Source: Sneathiellaceae bacterium (GTDB lineage: Bacteria > Pseudomonadota > Alphaproteobacteria > Ferrovibrionales > Ferrovibrionaceae). From it: a stretch of DNA of 64,000 nucleotides. The DNA is taken from the NCBI GenBank assembly GCA_040216765.1, contig JAVJON010000066.1, positions 20,661 to 84,660 of the forward strand. Direction: 5' to 3'. Shown one piece after another: positions 21,009-29,798 of this stretch (its first letter is position 1; every line of letters starts with the position of its first letter). The translations under genes were made by a program, and so were the position numbers. Under the pieces are notes generated by a model. The model ran no database searches and had not been told where the DNA came from. It saw nothing but the letters and a program-made list of their open reading frames with translations.

Positions 21009-23027
21009 TCAGCCCTCCGACCGCTGCGGCCCGGCGATCTGCACCGCCTTCTTTGGACCACCCTCGACAATCACCTTCCGGAACATGCCGCTGGCAGCGT
21101 GGTAGGACAGATGGCAATGGAATGCCCATTGGCCTGGAGCATCGACTTCGGTCTCCATGTACAGGGTGGTCCCGGGAGCAACGCTGACGACGTGCTTGAC
21201 CGGGTTCCATTGCCCAGCGCCAACATCCAAGATCGACCACATGCCATGCAGGTGCATCGGATGTGTCATCATCGTTTCATTGACGAACTTGAACCGGACG
21301 CGCTCGCCGTATTTCAGGCGGATCGGTTCTGCATCCTCATACTTGATGCCGTTGATGGACCAGGAATACCGCTCCATATTGCCAGTCAGACGCAGTTCGA
21401 TCTCTCGCGTCGGCGCGCGCTCCGGATAGAGCGGCCGGGCGGCACGCAGATCCGCATAGGATAGTACTTTCCCGCCATTTGCCGCTGATGGCAGCAATCC
21501 GCTGCCCTTGGCGTAGAATGGATCCTGGCCGGCACGTTCTGTCGTTCCAGCAGCGCCCTGCCTCATGGCGGCGGCATCCATTTTCGAATGGTCCATGCCC
21601 GCCGCCGGAGCGGCTTCCGCCTGGCTCATGCCACCCGTGCCGTGACCCATGGCGGCGTGGTCCATGCCCTGGGCGGGTGTGGAGTCCGCCTGGCTCATGC
21701 CACCCGTGCCGTGCCCCATGGCGGCATGGTCCATGCCCTGGGCTGGTGGAGAGTCCGCCCGGCTCATGCCACCCGTGCCATGCCCCATGGCGGCGTGGTC
21801 CATGCCCTGGGCGGGTGCGGGGTCCGCCTGGCTCGTGCCACCCGTGCCGTGACCCATGGCAGCGTGGTCCATGCCCGCCGCCGGAGCGGCTTCCGCCTGG
21901 CTCATGCCACCCGTGCCGTGACCCATGGCGGCGTGGTCCATCCCAGCCATACTGCCGTGATCCATGCCCATATCCGACATAGTCAGGAGCGAGGCAGGCC
22001 GCAGCTCCGGGACGTCTGCCACCATGCCTGGACGGGGAGCCAGGGTGCCGCGAGCAAAGCCCGATCGACCCATGGACTCCGCGAATATTGTGTAGGCTCG
22101 ATCCTCTTTCGGCTGAACGATCACGTCATAGGTTTCAGCGACCGCAATGCGCAACTCGTCAACCGTTACGGGTTTCACATCATTGCCGTCAGCTTGCACC
22201 ACCGTCATCTGCAACCCGGGGATTCGCAGATCGTAATAGGTCATCGCCGAGGAGTTGATGAAGCGCAGCCGGACTTTCTCACCAGGCTTGAAGATCCCGG
22301 TCCAGTTCTGTTCCGGCCCCTTGCCATTGATCAGGCCGGTGAAGCCCTGCAGGTCCTCGATATCGGTGGGCATCATGCGCATCTCGCCCCAGGCGGCGCG
22401 GTCCGCGAGTGTCGCGTCGAAGCCCTTCGACGCGACGTCGTCGAAGAAATCTCCCAGAGTGCGCTGCTTGCGATTGTAGTAGTCCGGCATCAGCTTCAAG
22501 TTCCGCATGATCCGGTCACCGGAGTGCGGGTGCTTGTCGGTCAGCTGGACGACATAGTCGCGATCGCTGGCAATCGCCTCACCGCTCTTCGGCGTGATGA
22601 CTATTGCTCCGAAGGCGCCATCGGGCTCCTGAAAGCCGGTATGGCTGTGGAACCAATAGGTTCCTGTCTGCCGGATCGGGAAGCGGTAGGTGAAGGTCTG
22701 TCCCGGCGCGATCCCGTCGAAGCTGATCTTCGGCACGCCATCCATCTGGAACGGCAGGATCAAGCCGTGCCAGTGGATCGAGGTGGATTCGTCGAGATTG
22801 TTGGTGACGTTGATAACCACATCTTCGCCCTCGGCAAAGCGAAGGACCGGGCCAGGCGAGGCCCCGTTATAGCCAATCCCAGTCTTGGTGAAATCGCCGG
22901 TGTCGATGGTGACACGGTCGACGCTGAGGTCGTAGGTGCCCGCCTGCAAGGTTGCGCTCTGCGCAAGGCCGAAACCAAGCGCCATGACGGTCAACGCGAG
23001 GCTGCTGCGTCCTGGTATCCAGTTCAT
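21009..23027 (-). CDS. copA: copper resistance multicopper oxidase CopA/PcoA with Met/His-rich repeat insert
   Basis: MCO copper ligand motifs (HWHG, WFHSH, HPMHLHG, HCHLSYHAASGM) plus an internal MDHAAMGHGTGGMSQ repeat array. Confidence 0.92.
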   Translation of the reverse strand: MNWIPGRSSLALTVMALGFGLAQSATLQAGTYDLSVDRVTIDTGDFTKTGIGYNGASPGPVLRFAEGEDVVINVTNNLDESTSIHWHGLILPFQMDGVPKISFDGIAPGQTFTYRFPIRQTGTYWFHSHTGFQEPDGAFGAIVITPKSGEAIASDRDYVVQLTDKHPHSGDRIMRNLKLMPDYYNRKQRTLGDFFDDVASKGFDATLADRAAWGEMRMMPTDIEDLQGFTGLINGKGPEQNWTGIFKPGEKVRLRFINSSAMTYYDLRIPGLQMTVVQADGNDVKPVTVDELRIAVAETYDVIVQPKEDRAYTIFAESMGRSGFARGTLAPRPGMVADVPELRPASLLTMSDMGMDHGSMAGMDHAAMGHGTGGMSQAEAAPAAGMDHAAMGHGTGGTSQADPAPAQGMDHAAMGHGTGGMSRADSPPAQGMDHAAMGHGTGGMSQADSTPAQGMDHAAMGHGTGGMSQAEAAPAAGMDHSKMDAAAMRQGAAGTTERAGQDPFYAKGSGLLPSAANGGKVLSYADLRAARPLYPERAPTREIELRLTGNMERYSWSINGIKYEDAEPIRLKYGERVRFKFVNETMMTHPMHLHGMWSILDVGAGQWNPVKHVVSVAPGTTLYMETEVDAPGQWAFHCHLSYHAASGMFRKVIVEGGPKKAVQIAGPQRSEG
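21591..21941. repeat. 5 tandem 69-bp (23-codon) coding repeats inside copA
   Basis: The anchor string GTCCATG recurs at 21591, 21660, 21729, 21798, 21867 and 21936 (period 69). Copies 1 and 5 are identical over all 69 nt. Confidence 0.9.
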
Positions 23028-23154
23028 ATCCTGCTCCTGTCACGCCCCAAACTCCGGGCAAGCCGGAGGTGGGCGCCGATCGATGCACTGCCGGAGGGCA
23101 GGTTCCCGGTGTCGCAGCTGAACGCCACGACACCGGGACCTGCGATGCCCTGTG

Positions 23155-23733
23155 CTATCGGATGTCGATGACGCCCTTCATTCCTGCCTCGTAGTGGCCG
23201 GGGACGTTGCAGGCGATTTCCACGGTGCCGGCGCTCGGAAAGGTCCAAACGACCTCGCCGCTCTGGCCCGGCTCCAACAGAACGCTGTTCGGATCCGAGT
23301 GACTCATCCCGTGGCCGCCCTTCATCTTGTCATGATTGATACGGTCGGCTTCGAGAACGCCATCGTTCACCATCGCCATCATCTCCTTCTGATGGGCGGC
23401 ATGCATTGCGGGGGTGCCGATATTGAACTCGTGCACCAATGTACCCTTGTTGGTGACAACGAAACGCACGGTCTCGCCGGCTTTCACATCCACCGCCGCA
23501 GGATCGTAGGAATTGTCGACGAGCACGATATCGACAGTCCTGTCCGCCTTGCTTGCCGCGGCAGCCTGCCCCATCAGACCGGTCGAGCCGGCTTGATGGG
23601 CATCACCATCATGGGAACCCGCGGCTTGCACTGGCGATCCGAAGGCAACGCCAAGTGTCAGGAGCGCCGCTGCCGCAGCGCCCCAGACCTGCTTGGTAAT
23701 AGAACTACGAACTCGATTGATCTTGGATTCCAT
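23155..23733 (-). CDS. periplasmic cupredoxin-fold copper-binding protein (plastocyanin/azurin-like)
   Basis: Signal peptide, His/Met-rich linker and a type-1 Cu C-terminal ligand pattern (...VEIACNVPGHYEAGMKGVI). Confidence 0.8.
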   Translation of the reverse strand: MESKINRVRSSITKQVWGAAAAALLTLGVAFGSPVQAAGSHDGDAHQAGSTGLMGQAAAASKADRTVDIVLVDNSYDPAAVDVKAGETVRFVVTNKGTLVHEFNIGTPAMHAAHQKEMMAMVNDGVLEADRINHDKMKGGHGMSHSDPNSVLLEPGQSGEVVWTFPSAGTVEIACNVPGHYEAGMKGVIDIR

Positions 23734-23983
23734 TTAATTCGTCCATCTCTCTCGCATAGCACCCTTCATGGGAAGTCGCCGGCAAGTGAGATTGCCGAGA
23801 CATCCGAATGTGTGGGGACCTGCTTTGAAGCCGTGACTTCGTCACATGACGGACCTACCGCAAGCGATCAGGCTCGCATGATGCGGTAGTCAAGTCATGG
23901 AGAAGTCGGGATTTGTTGCGCCCGTAAGAGCAACAATGGGACCGGTCCTCGTCGGCGTTTCGCGGACTCAGACTTGTGCAGGT

Positions 23984-24388
23984 TCAGGCGCTGACTCGAG
24001 GAGGGCGAAAGAGGCCATCGGAACCGCTCGGCGGCGGAGCGTCGCCTGGCCACCACGACCAATCGCGAAATGCAGTCCGGTGCTCACCAATCAAAGCACC
24101 AGGCAAAAGACCCGACAGGCAGCCAATGGCGCAGCACGACGCCGCATCATGGTCAACTTCGTGGTCATGCTGGCCGGAGTCATGATCGCCCATGGACTGA
24201 TCGTGCAGGTGGTACCCACCAGCAGCCGAAAATGGCACCAGATCGCACACTGCAGCTTGTGTCGGCACGTCCGGTCCAAATACGACCGGACCGGCAGCCT
24301 CGGCGGACGTCGACCAATACCCGATCAACAGCGCGAAAGCCGCGACAGCGAGGAAGAACTTCAACAAATGTGCAGGTACCGTCGCCAC
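23984..24388 (-). CDS. small exported His/Asp-rich CC-x3-C protein with Pro-rich tail (DUF2946-like, tentative), first gene of the cupredoxin-copAB operon
   Basis: A GTG at 24388 gives VATVPAHLLKFFLAVAAFALLIGYWSTSAEA (signal/anchor). Then HLHDQSMGDHDSGQHDHEVDHD, SCCAIGCLSGLLP and the tail ...GLFRPPRVSA. Paralog of 41376-42068. The start is uncertain because there is no in-frame ATG. Confidence 0.5.
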   Translation of the reverse strand: MATVPAHLLKFFLAVAAFALLIGYWSTSAEAAGPVVFGPDVPTQAAVCDLVPFSAAGGYHLHDQSMGDHDSGQHDHEVDHDAASCCAIGCLSGLLPGALIGEHRTAFRDWSWWPGDAPPPSGSDGLFRPPRVSA

Positions 24389-24665
24389 GACCAGTTCAGC
24401 TTTGTAGGTGACGAAGGCGTCCAATCTATCGGGCCGAGCAAGCCGAAGCAAGGCGTCGATAAGGGGGTTCACGCGGCTTTGAAGGGTTGTCGCCGAAGGC
24501 AGATCCAATCTACATCTCGACGGCAGCCTCTTCCGAACTCTTGCAACGTCGCTACCAAGTGGGCGCGGTTCAGGGTGGGCACTGCAGCCCGATCGAATGG
24601 ATACAGCCGATCTTGCCGATCCTTCGACATGGTGATAATGTATATAATACACAGATTCATCTTTA

Positions 24666-25046
24666 GTGAATATCGTGCGCTATCAAATCTACATTTTGAT
24701 TTGTATTGGTATCCTGGTCATCTTGGCACGGAGTGTCCCGGGCGTTTCCGTGGTCACTGCTACGGTTCTGCACAAGCGCCCCTTTGCTACTTCCGTAGAG
24801 ACGTCGACCTTCGCGTTTGTGCATTGTCGAAACGACGAATCCCCTCGACACGGGCATGAGCAGCCCTCCGACAATGGGGAAGGGCTGGCATTCTCCTGTG
24901 CTACGCCGCCATCTGTCGGGCTAACTACCGACCACCTGCAGGCATTCGTCATAGCCAGATCCGAGCGGCTGCGCCCTGACGTTACCAGAGATCCTGCCGG
25001 ACCGGACTTTGCTCCCCCGCGACGTCCTCCACGCACCTTCTGCTGA
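24666..25046 (+). CDS. small membrane-anchored Cys-motif/Pro-tail protein (same loose family), divergent from 23984-24388
   Basis: GTG start, then a TM helix (IYILICIGILVILA). LAFSCATPPSVGL resembles LACDFSCTVPAQGV of the 35094-35432 protein. The tail GPDFAPPRRPP resembles EPHPPRPS. Confidence 0.35.
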   Translation: MNIVRYQIYILICIGILVILARSVPGVSVVTATVLHKRPFATSVETSTFAFVHCRNDESPRHGHEQPSDNGEGLAFSCATPPSVGLTTDHLQAFVIARSERLRPDVTRDPAGPDFAPPRRPPRTFC

Positions 25047-25378
25047 AAGTTTCACGTCGGCGCCGTACGCAGCGCCGACGCCGGATACAGCAGGGTCGAG
25101 ATCTGCGCCCACATTGCTGCATCCGATTCCCGTCTGTAGGCCGCGCTGTCTGCCCCGGAATTCACCTGGGTGCCGGCGCTGCAACATCGGACGATGCCAT
25201 TCAGTGCCGCCAAAGCAAGGCCCGTCCCACGTGGGTAGCAAGCTCCGCTGAACATTCTACCGGTCGGAGCTTTCCTATGCCGCTTCGGATGCGGTCCTGC
25301 CGCCCTGTCGGCCGATCGACCAATACATGGTTTGGGATCGTTCGGAGGTGGCGCCACATCGAACAGGAATCCACGAAA

Positions 25379-25720
25379 ATGAAGATGCCGTTCTACGCCC
25401 ACGCGACGATGCGAAGCGCTCGTCTGTCAGGATTGGGATTGGCTGCTGGACTTGTCTTTCTTCTGGCTGTTCCCGCCGCCGGATTGGCACAGTCGAGGGA
25501 CCCGCACTGTTTCACCCAGATGCGGAACAGAATGCCCGTCGGACTGTTGCGACAGCAGCTGGATCAACAGGGCTGGCAAGTCCAGTCGATACGGCTCAAA
25601 TATGGCTGCTACGTTGTCCAGGCTCTGGATGCCAACGGTGAACAGGTCAGGGCCTATTTCGAGCCCCGCTTCCTGTGGCGCCGCGAAGTCGATGATGAGA
25701 AACAGACAGACAACGATTGA
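25379..25720 (+). CDS. small secreted PepSY-domain-like protein
   Basis: Signal peptide (MRSARLSGLGLAAGLVFLLAVPAAGLA), then LRQQLDQQGWQVQSIRLKYGCYVVQALDANGEQVRAYFEP, a PepSY-like pattern. The start among the nearby ATGs is uncertain. Confidence 0.5.
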   Translation: MKMPFYAHATMRSARLSGLGLAAGLVFLLAVPAAGLAQSRDPHCFTQMRNRMPVGLLRQQLDQQGWQVQSIRLKYGCYVVQALDANGEQVRAYFEPRFLWRREVDDEKQTDND

Positions 25721-25756
25721 GAGTTATAGAGTGCGTACCTAGGTAATGCAGTCGGG

Positions 25757-25784
25757 GCGGTTTCGCATTTTTTTTCGAAACCGC
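25757..25784 (+). terminator. 9-bp-stem hairpin with T-rich loop downstream of the PepSY gene
   Basis: GCGGTTTCG-CATTTTTTTT-CGAAACCGC read directly. The T run sits in the loop rather than after the stem, so it is not a textbook terminator. Confidence 0.3.
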
Positions 25785-25879
25785 TCCGACGAATACCGCA
25801 TTTCAGTCGATCCGGATCACTTTGATTGGGGTGCCGGGTCGTTCGGACAGAGTTCGACATCGGATATTTGGACCGCCTG

Positions 25880-26749
25880 CAGGTTCCGAGGCGCGATCAT
25901 CGCTTTTGCGCCTGTCATGCCGACCTCGCCAAGCGCGCCTGGCAAAAGATCGTTCTCCATCGTCAGCTGTCCGACCTTGGCGCCTTCGGCGGCTTTGTTC
26001 CGCTATTCCCATGACCGCAAGGGCAAGCATCCCCGCGCACATCTGGCCGGCTATGCTGGGATCCAGCAGGCAGATGCCTATGCCGGCTTCAACGAGCCCT
26101 CCAAACCGGAGCGGGCGCCGGGGCCGGTCCGGGAAGCCTGCTGCTGGGCGCATGCGCGGCAAAAATTCTTCAAACTGGCCGATATCAACCGCAAGGCAAA
26201 GGGTGGCAGGCCCGCTTCACCGCTGGCACTGGAGACAGTGCAGCGGTTCAATACCCTGTTCGACATCGAACGTGCCATCAACGGCCAAACGGCCGGGGAA
26301 CGGCCCAAGCCGCGCCAGGAGCAAGCGGCACCTCTGGTTGCCGAACTGCAGGCCTGGACGGGGGCCATCGCGGCCGGATGTCCCGTCACAGCAAGGCCGC
26401 AATGGCGATGGACTACATGCTGACCCGCTGGGCGGGGCTCAGCCGGATTCTCGAACACGGCCGGATCTGCCTGACCAACAATGTCGCCGAACGCGCATTG
26501 CGCGGCATCGCACCGGGTCGGAAGGCCCGGCTGTTCGCCGGCTCCGATCGCGGTGGCAAACGGGCCGCCTCCATGCACATCCTGATCGGCACAGCCAAGC
26601 TCAATGGTGTTGATCCACAAACCCGCCCACGCCGTGGCCGCCTGATCACCTACAGGACGGCGGTACTCACCGGAGGGTTCCGACTAAGCCAGGTGCACCA
26701 TCGCAACCTGGCAAAAGCGCTCGAAGAGCGTTGGCCCAGCCCCGACTGA
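25880..26749 (+). mobile_element. IS66-family transposase remnant (N-terminally truncated, at least one frameshift)
   Basis: FRYSHDRKGKHPRAHLAGYAGIQQADAYAGF...CWAHARQKFF in one frame. MSRHSKAAMAMDYMLTRWAGLSRILEHGRICLTNNVAERALRGIAPGRKARLFAGSDRGG...AKLNGVDPQ in another. No intact tnpA/tnpB and no clear IRs seen. Confidence 0.75.
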
Positions 26750-26791
26750 CCGGGCACAGAACGCCCCTCGCTTTCCCTGTCCGATTCCCAA

Positions 26792-27667
26792 TTATCCACG
26801 GCAACCATAGAAACCGCGATAGCCGACTCGAAGACCGGCGTCCAGTTCCAGCAGCAGATCGACTTCCTGCCGACCCGCCATCGGGTCCAACGCCGCTTCA
26901 CCCAAAGGCGGAGAAATACGCATTGCGATACCAATCGCCGCCAGTGTCAGTCCGTTCGCCGATCCAGCGGCATTGCCTGCATCGACTCGAACCAGGTCAC
27001 CGCTGAGCTTGACCAGTCCCGCTCCGTTTTCGCCGACGGCAAGAACCGGGGGGCTGTCCTCCGTATAGGTGAAGAAGCAGGCGGCGCCGTCGGGGAAGAG
27101 CCTGGCGACTTCGTCCGGCGTCATGAATTCCGGATCGAGAACTGCGACCTCGGCACTCGACAGCGCATCGGCCAGGGTTCCGACCTCTTTGGGCTCGCTT
27201 GCCCCGGATTCCGCGCCGTCGCCCGAGTCATCGATGCTGTCGATCAGATACCGCATCTCGGCGATTTCCTTGTCCTGCGCGAAGATGATTTCGTCAGCCA
27301 GCTTGCGCACCCGGGGGTCGGAAATATTCGCTCGGCTAGACGTCATGATGGCAATCGAATGATGCGGGATCATTGCACGCATGAAACTCGTGTCACCAAC
27401 GGTGACCTGGCTGCGGACCAGCCACAAGGATACACCGAAAGCCAGAAGGGCACCGGCAAAGATGGCGGCATTGAGCGTCTTGTTCGAATACATTGAGAGC
27501 ATGAACCCGAGCATGATCACCGCCATCGTCGCGCCCATGACCAAAGCCATGTAAAGACGGGTTTCCGAGAAAAAAACATGGGTCCACAAATATGTATTGA
27601 GGTACATCAATCCGAACATGACCACAGTGGACGTGAATATCATCGCGGCAAACCGGCCGTAAGCCAT
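26792..27667 (-). CDS. membrane DUF305-domain protein fused to an uncharacterised C-terminal domain
   Basis: 3-4 TM helices, then a DUF305-like half-domain (MIPHHSIAIMTS...DPRVRKLADEIIFAQDKEIAEM), then ~140 aa of unrecognised sequence. Start at the ATG at 27667. Confidence 0.7.
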   Translation of the reverse strand: MAYGRFAAMIFTSTVVMFGLMYLNTYLWTHVFFSETRLYMALVMGATMAVIMLGFMLSMYSNKTLNAAIFAGALLAFGVSLWLVRSQVTVGDTSFMRAMIPHHSIAIMTSSRANISDPRVRKLADEIIFAQDKEIAEMRYLIDSIDDSGDGAESGASEPKEVGTLADALSSAEVAVLDPEFMTPDEVARLFPDGAACFFTYTEDSPPVLAVGENGAGLVKLSGDLVRVDAGNAAGSANGLTLAAIGIAMRISPPLGEAALDPMAGRQEVDLLLELDAGLRVGYRGFYGCRG

Positions 27668-28166
27668 TCTGCCGCTCCCGTTTTTTGGTTCTTCGCTGTG
27701 GTTTGTCACGCCGTACCGACCTTTCACTTGACGCATTCGTATTACGTCATCAGATAACGCGCGTGCGCGACTTCCGGTTCCATAGCAGCGTTCAGCGGTC
27801 CTGGGGCCCCCACGATCCATCGACCGTCGAGTTTTTTGCCACGGGCCGTCGCGCATTCTCCCCCATACATGCATGTCCACAAAGACAGTGGGCTACGCGA
27901 CGACAGAAGACGTCGGAGGACCTCCACCGCACAGGGGCGTCACCACCCATTACACAGAAAACCTGCAACTCAAAAATAATATTGTTTAACCATATTGTTA
28001 TTAAACTGGCGCGATCGCATCATTCTTGCCCTATTTACTGCAGACATTTATTTGCGTATTATGGTTGCATCGACTGGCATCTGACCGGTGCATTGTTTCC
28101 GTCTCTCTCGCTATTCCCCCCTTCTGTGTAGTGGGACGGTTTCAGTAAGACGACGGGCCTCACCTC

Positions 28167-28808
28167 ATGAAAATATCCGACAGTTTCTCTGGTGCCGCTC
28201 TGTCTTTGGTGCAACGCAGGCGCAAAGTGGCGCTTCTTTTCATTGTCTTCGGAACCGTGTCTTGGGCTTTTCTTAACGATCACCATTTTCCAGGACGCAC
28301 TTATGAGCAAATCACCGGGACTGTTGGCATAGTTTTAATTGGAGTATGTGTTCTGGGTCGCGTCTGGTGCTCCTGGTTCATATCCGGAAGAAAGAAAAAG
28401 GAACTGGTTCAAGAAGGACCTTTTTCTATGTCAAGAAATCCATTGTATATGTTCTCTATCATCGGCGCATCCGGAGCGGGATTAACAGCCGGAAGTATTG
28501 TTCTGACTATATTAATCTTTTCAAGCGTTCTATTTGTATTCAACTCAGTTGTGACTCATGAAGAGAATTTTCTTTTAAATCAATTTGGCGATAAATATAT
28601 TTTATACTGCGCCACCGTCCCGAGATGGGGTATTCGTATGTCCAGTTTTTCTTTCTATGTAGAATATTTCACCAACAAACCAAATGGTAAATTGTTTTTG
28701 ATCTCGATCAGAGATTCATCTCTATTTCTCCTTTGTATTCCCCTATTCCGGGCCATCGATGAAGTCACGCACACCGGATTTTTTCGCCCTGTTTTCGCCC
28801 TGTATTAG
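28167..28808 (+). CDS. ICMT/PEMT-family membrane methyltransferase (CzcN/NccN-like)
   Basis: Multi-TM protein with the family motif ...LVQEGPFSMSRNPLYMF... Strikingly AT-rich codon usage compared with every neighbour. Confidence 0.7.
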   Translation: MKISDSFSGAALSLVQRRRKVALLFIVFGTVSWAFLNDHHFPGRTYEQITGTVGIVLIGVCVLGRVWCSWFISGRKKKELVQEGPFSMSRNPLYMFSIIGASGAGLTAGSIVLTILIFSSVLFVFNSVVTHEENFLLNQFGDKYILYCATVPRWGIRMSSFSFYVEYFTNKPNGKLFLISIRDSSLFLLCIPLFRAIDEVTHTGFFRPVFALY

Positions 28809-29036
28809 ACCCTGTGCCTAGAGCATGATCACCTGGGCCGGCAACATACCGTGAGTTACAGCATAACGTGAGTTGATGAGGTAGTTGTTGGTGGGAGTTG
28901 ATCCGGCAGCGTTCCGATGCACCATCAGAGTGCCTCGCGGTCGCGTTCCTGGACAGTCTCAGCAGATATCTGAGCTTGGCGAACAGCTGTTCGAATGGGT
29001 GTTCAGCCCCGGCATGTGGTAGATCCGAACTCCCGA

Positions 29037-29777
29037 TTAGCCAATTCGACCGAGGGCCGGGAACAGGTCCAGCATCCAGTAGGAGAACTCTGCAAGGCGG
29101 CCGGTCATCATGGCGAGCCCCATCAGCACGAGCACTCCTCCCGCCACCACCTGGAGCGCCGCGCCGAGCCGACGGACCCTCTTGAGTCTGACGGTCAGAC
29201 CGTCGGCGAAAATGGCGGTCGCGAGGAACGGCACGCCAAGGCCCATTGAGTAGATCGCGAGAAGCGCCACCCCATCGGCAACGCTCGCGCCCGTGGCACT
29301 GACCGTCAGGATAGCGCCAAGGATCGGGCCGATGCAGGGCGTCCAGCCAAACGCAAAGGCGAGGCCGAGGACGTAGGCATAGATCGGCCGCCCGCCAGGC
29401 AGATCCACATGATAGCGCCAGTCGCGCAGCAACCAGCCCGGCCGGAAGGCACCCATCATGACGATTCCGAAGGCCATCACCACGGCGCCTGCGATGAGAG
29501 ACAGTTCGTAGCTGTTGGCGATCAGCAACTGCCCCAGCGCCGTCGCGCTGGCGCCCAGGACAACGAATACCGTGGTGAACCCCAGCACGAAGTTTATGCT
29601 GAGCCCGATGGCCGGGAGCCGGGCCCGGAACGCACTGCCGCTTGCCGGCGCCTGGCCCGGCCCACCGGCGATGTAGGAAATGTATCCCGGGACGAGCGGC
29701 AGGACGCAGGGCGACAGGAACGAGACCGTTCCCGCGGCAAAAGCCGTGAGCAGGCCGACGTTTGACAGTTCAAACAT
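29037..29777 (-). CDS. ccdA: CcdA/DsbD-core thiol-disulfide electron-transfer membrane protein (ScsB-core-like)
   Basis: 246 aa, 6 TM helices, both conserved Cys motifs (FLSPCVLPLVP and GWTPCIGPILG). Confidence 0.85.
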   Translation of the reverse strand: MFELSNVGLLTAFAAGTVSFLSPCVLPLVPGYISYIAGGPGQAPASGSAFRARLPAIGLSINFVLGFTTVFVVLGASATALGQLLIANSYELSLIAGAVVMAFGIVMMGAFRPGWLLRDWRYHVDLPGGRPIYAYVLGLAFAFGWTPCIGPILGAILTVSATGASVADGVALLAIYSMGLGVPFLATAIFADGLTVRLKRVRRLGAALQVVAGGVLVLMGLAMMTGRLAEFSYWMLDLFPALGRIG

Positions 29778-29798
29778 GCAGGAGCCCGGCCACCGGCG

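Noticed and set aside
21591-21941. Regular 69-bp repeat array that could superficially resemble a CRISPR-like periodic structure.
   Set aside because: There are no unique spacers. The units are contiguous and in-frame, and they encode the Met/His-rich insert of CopA. No cas genes or other repeat-spacer arrays are present in the window.
24639-24651. AT-rich palindrome TGTAT-ATA-ATACA, with an embedded TATAAT, just upstream of the 24666 ORF. I considered it as a CopY/BlaI-type TACA..TGTA operator.
   Set aside because: The half-site order and spacing differ from the cop box (TACAnnTGTA). No CopY-like repressor is encoded, and the arms are only 5 bp. It is more simply a -10-like element in the divergent promoter region.
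28848-28880. ACCGTGAGTT / AACGTGAGTT direct repeats. An 11-nt stretch is complementary to the inner end of the Tn3 terminal inverted repeat as I recall it (AACTCACGTTA).
   Set aside because: The match does not extend. The expected terminal GGGG/CCCC is absent, and there is no partner IR or Tn3-type transposase. Probably chance or an unrecognisable relic.
28981-28992. Perfect 12-bp palindrome GAACAGCTGTTC, with a nearby CTCAG-N7-CTGAG hairpin, downstream of ccdA.
   Set aside because: It is isolated, with no associated regulator or promoter context and no second copy seen. It could be part of a weak terminator or a relic of a lost gene. Evidence is insufficient.
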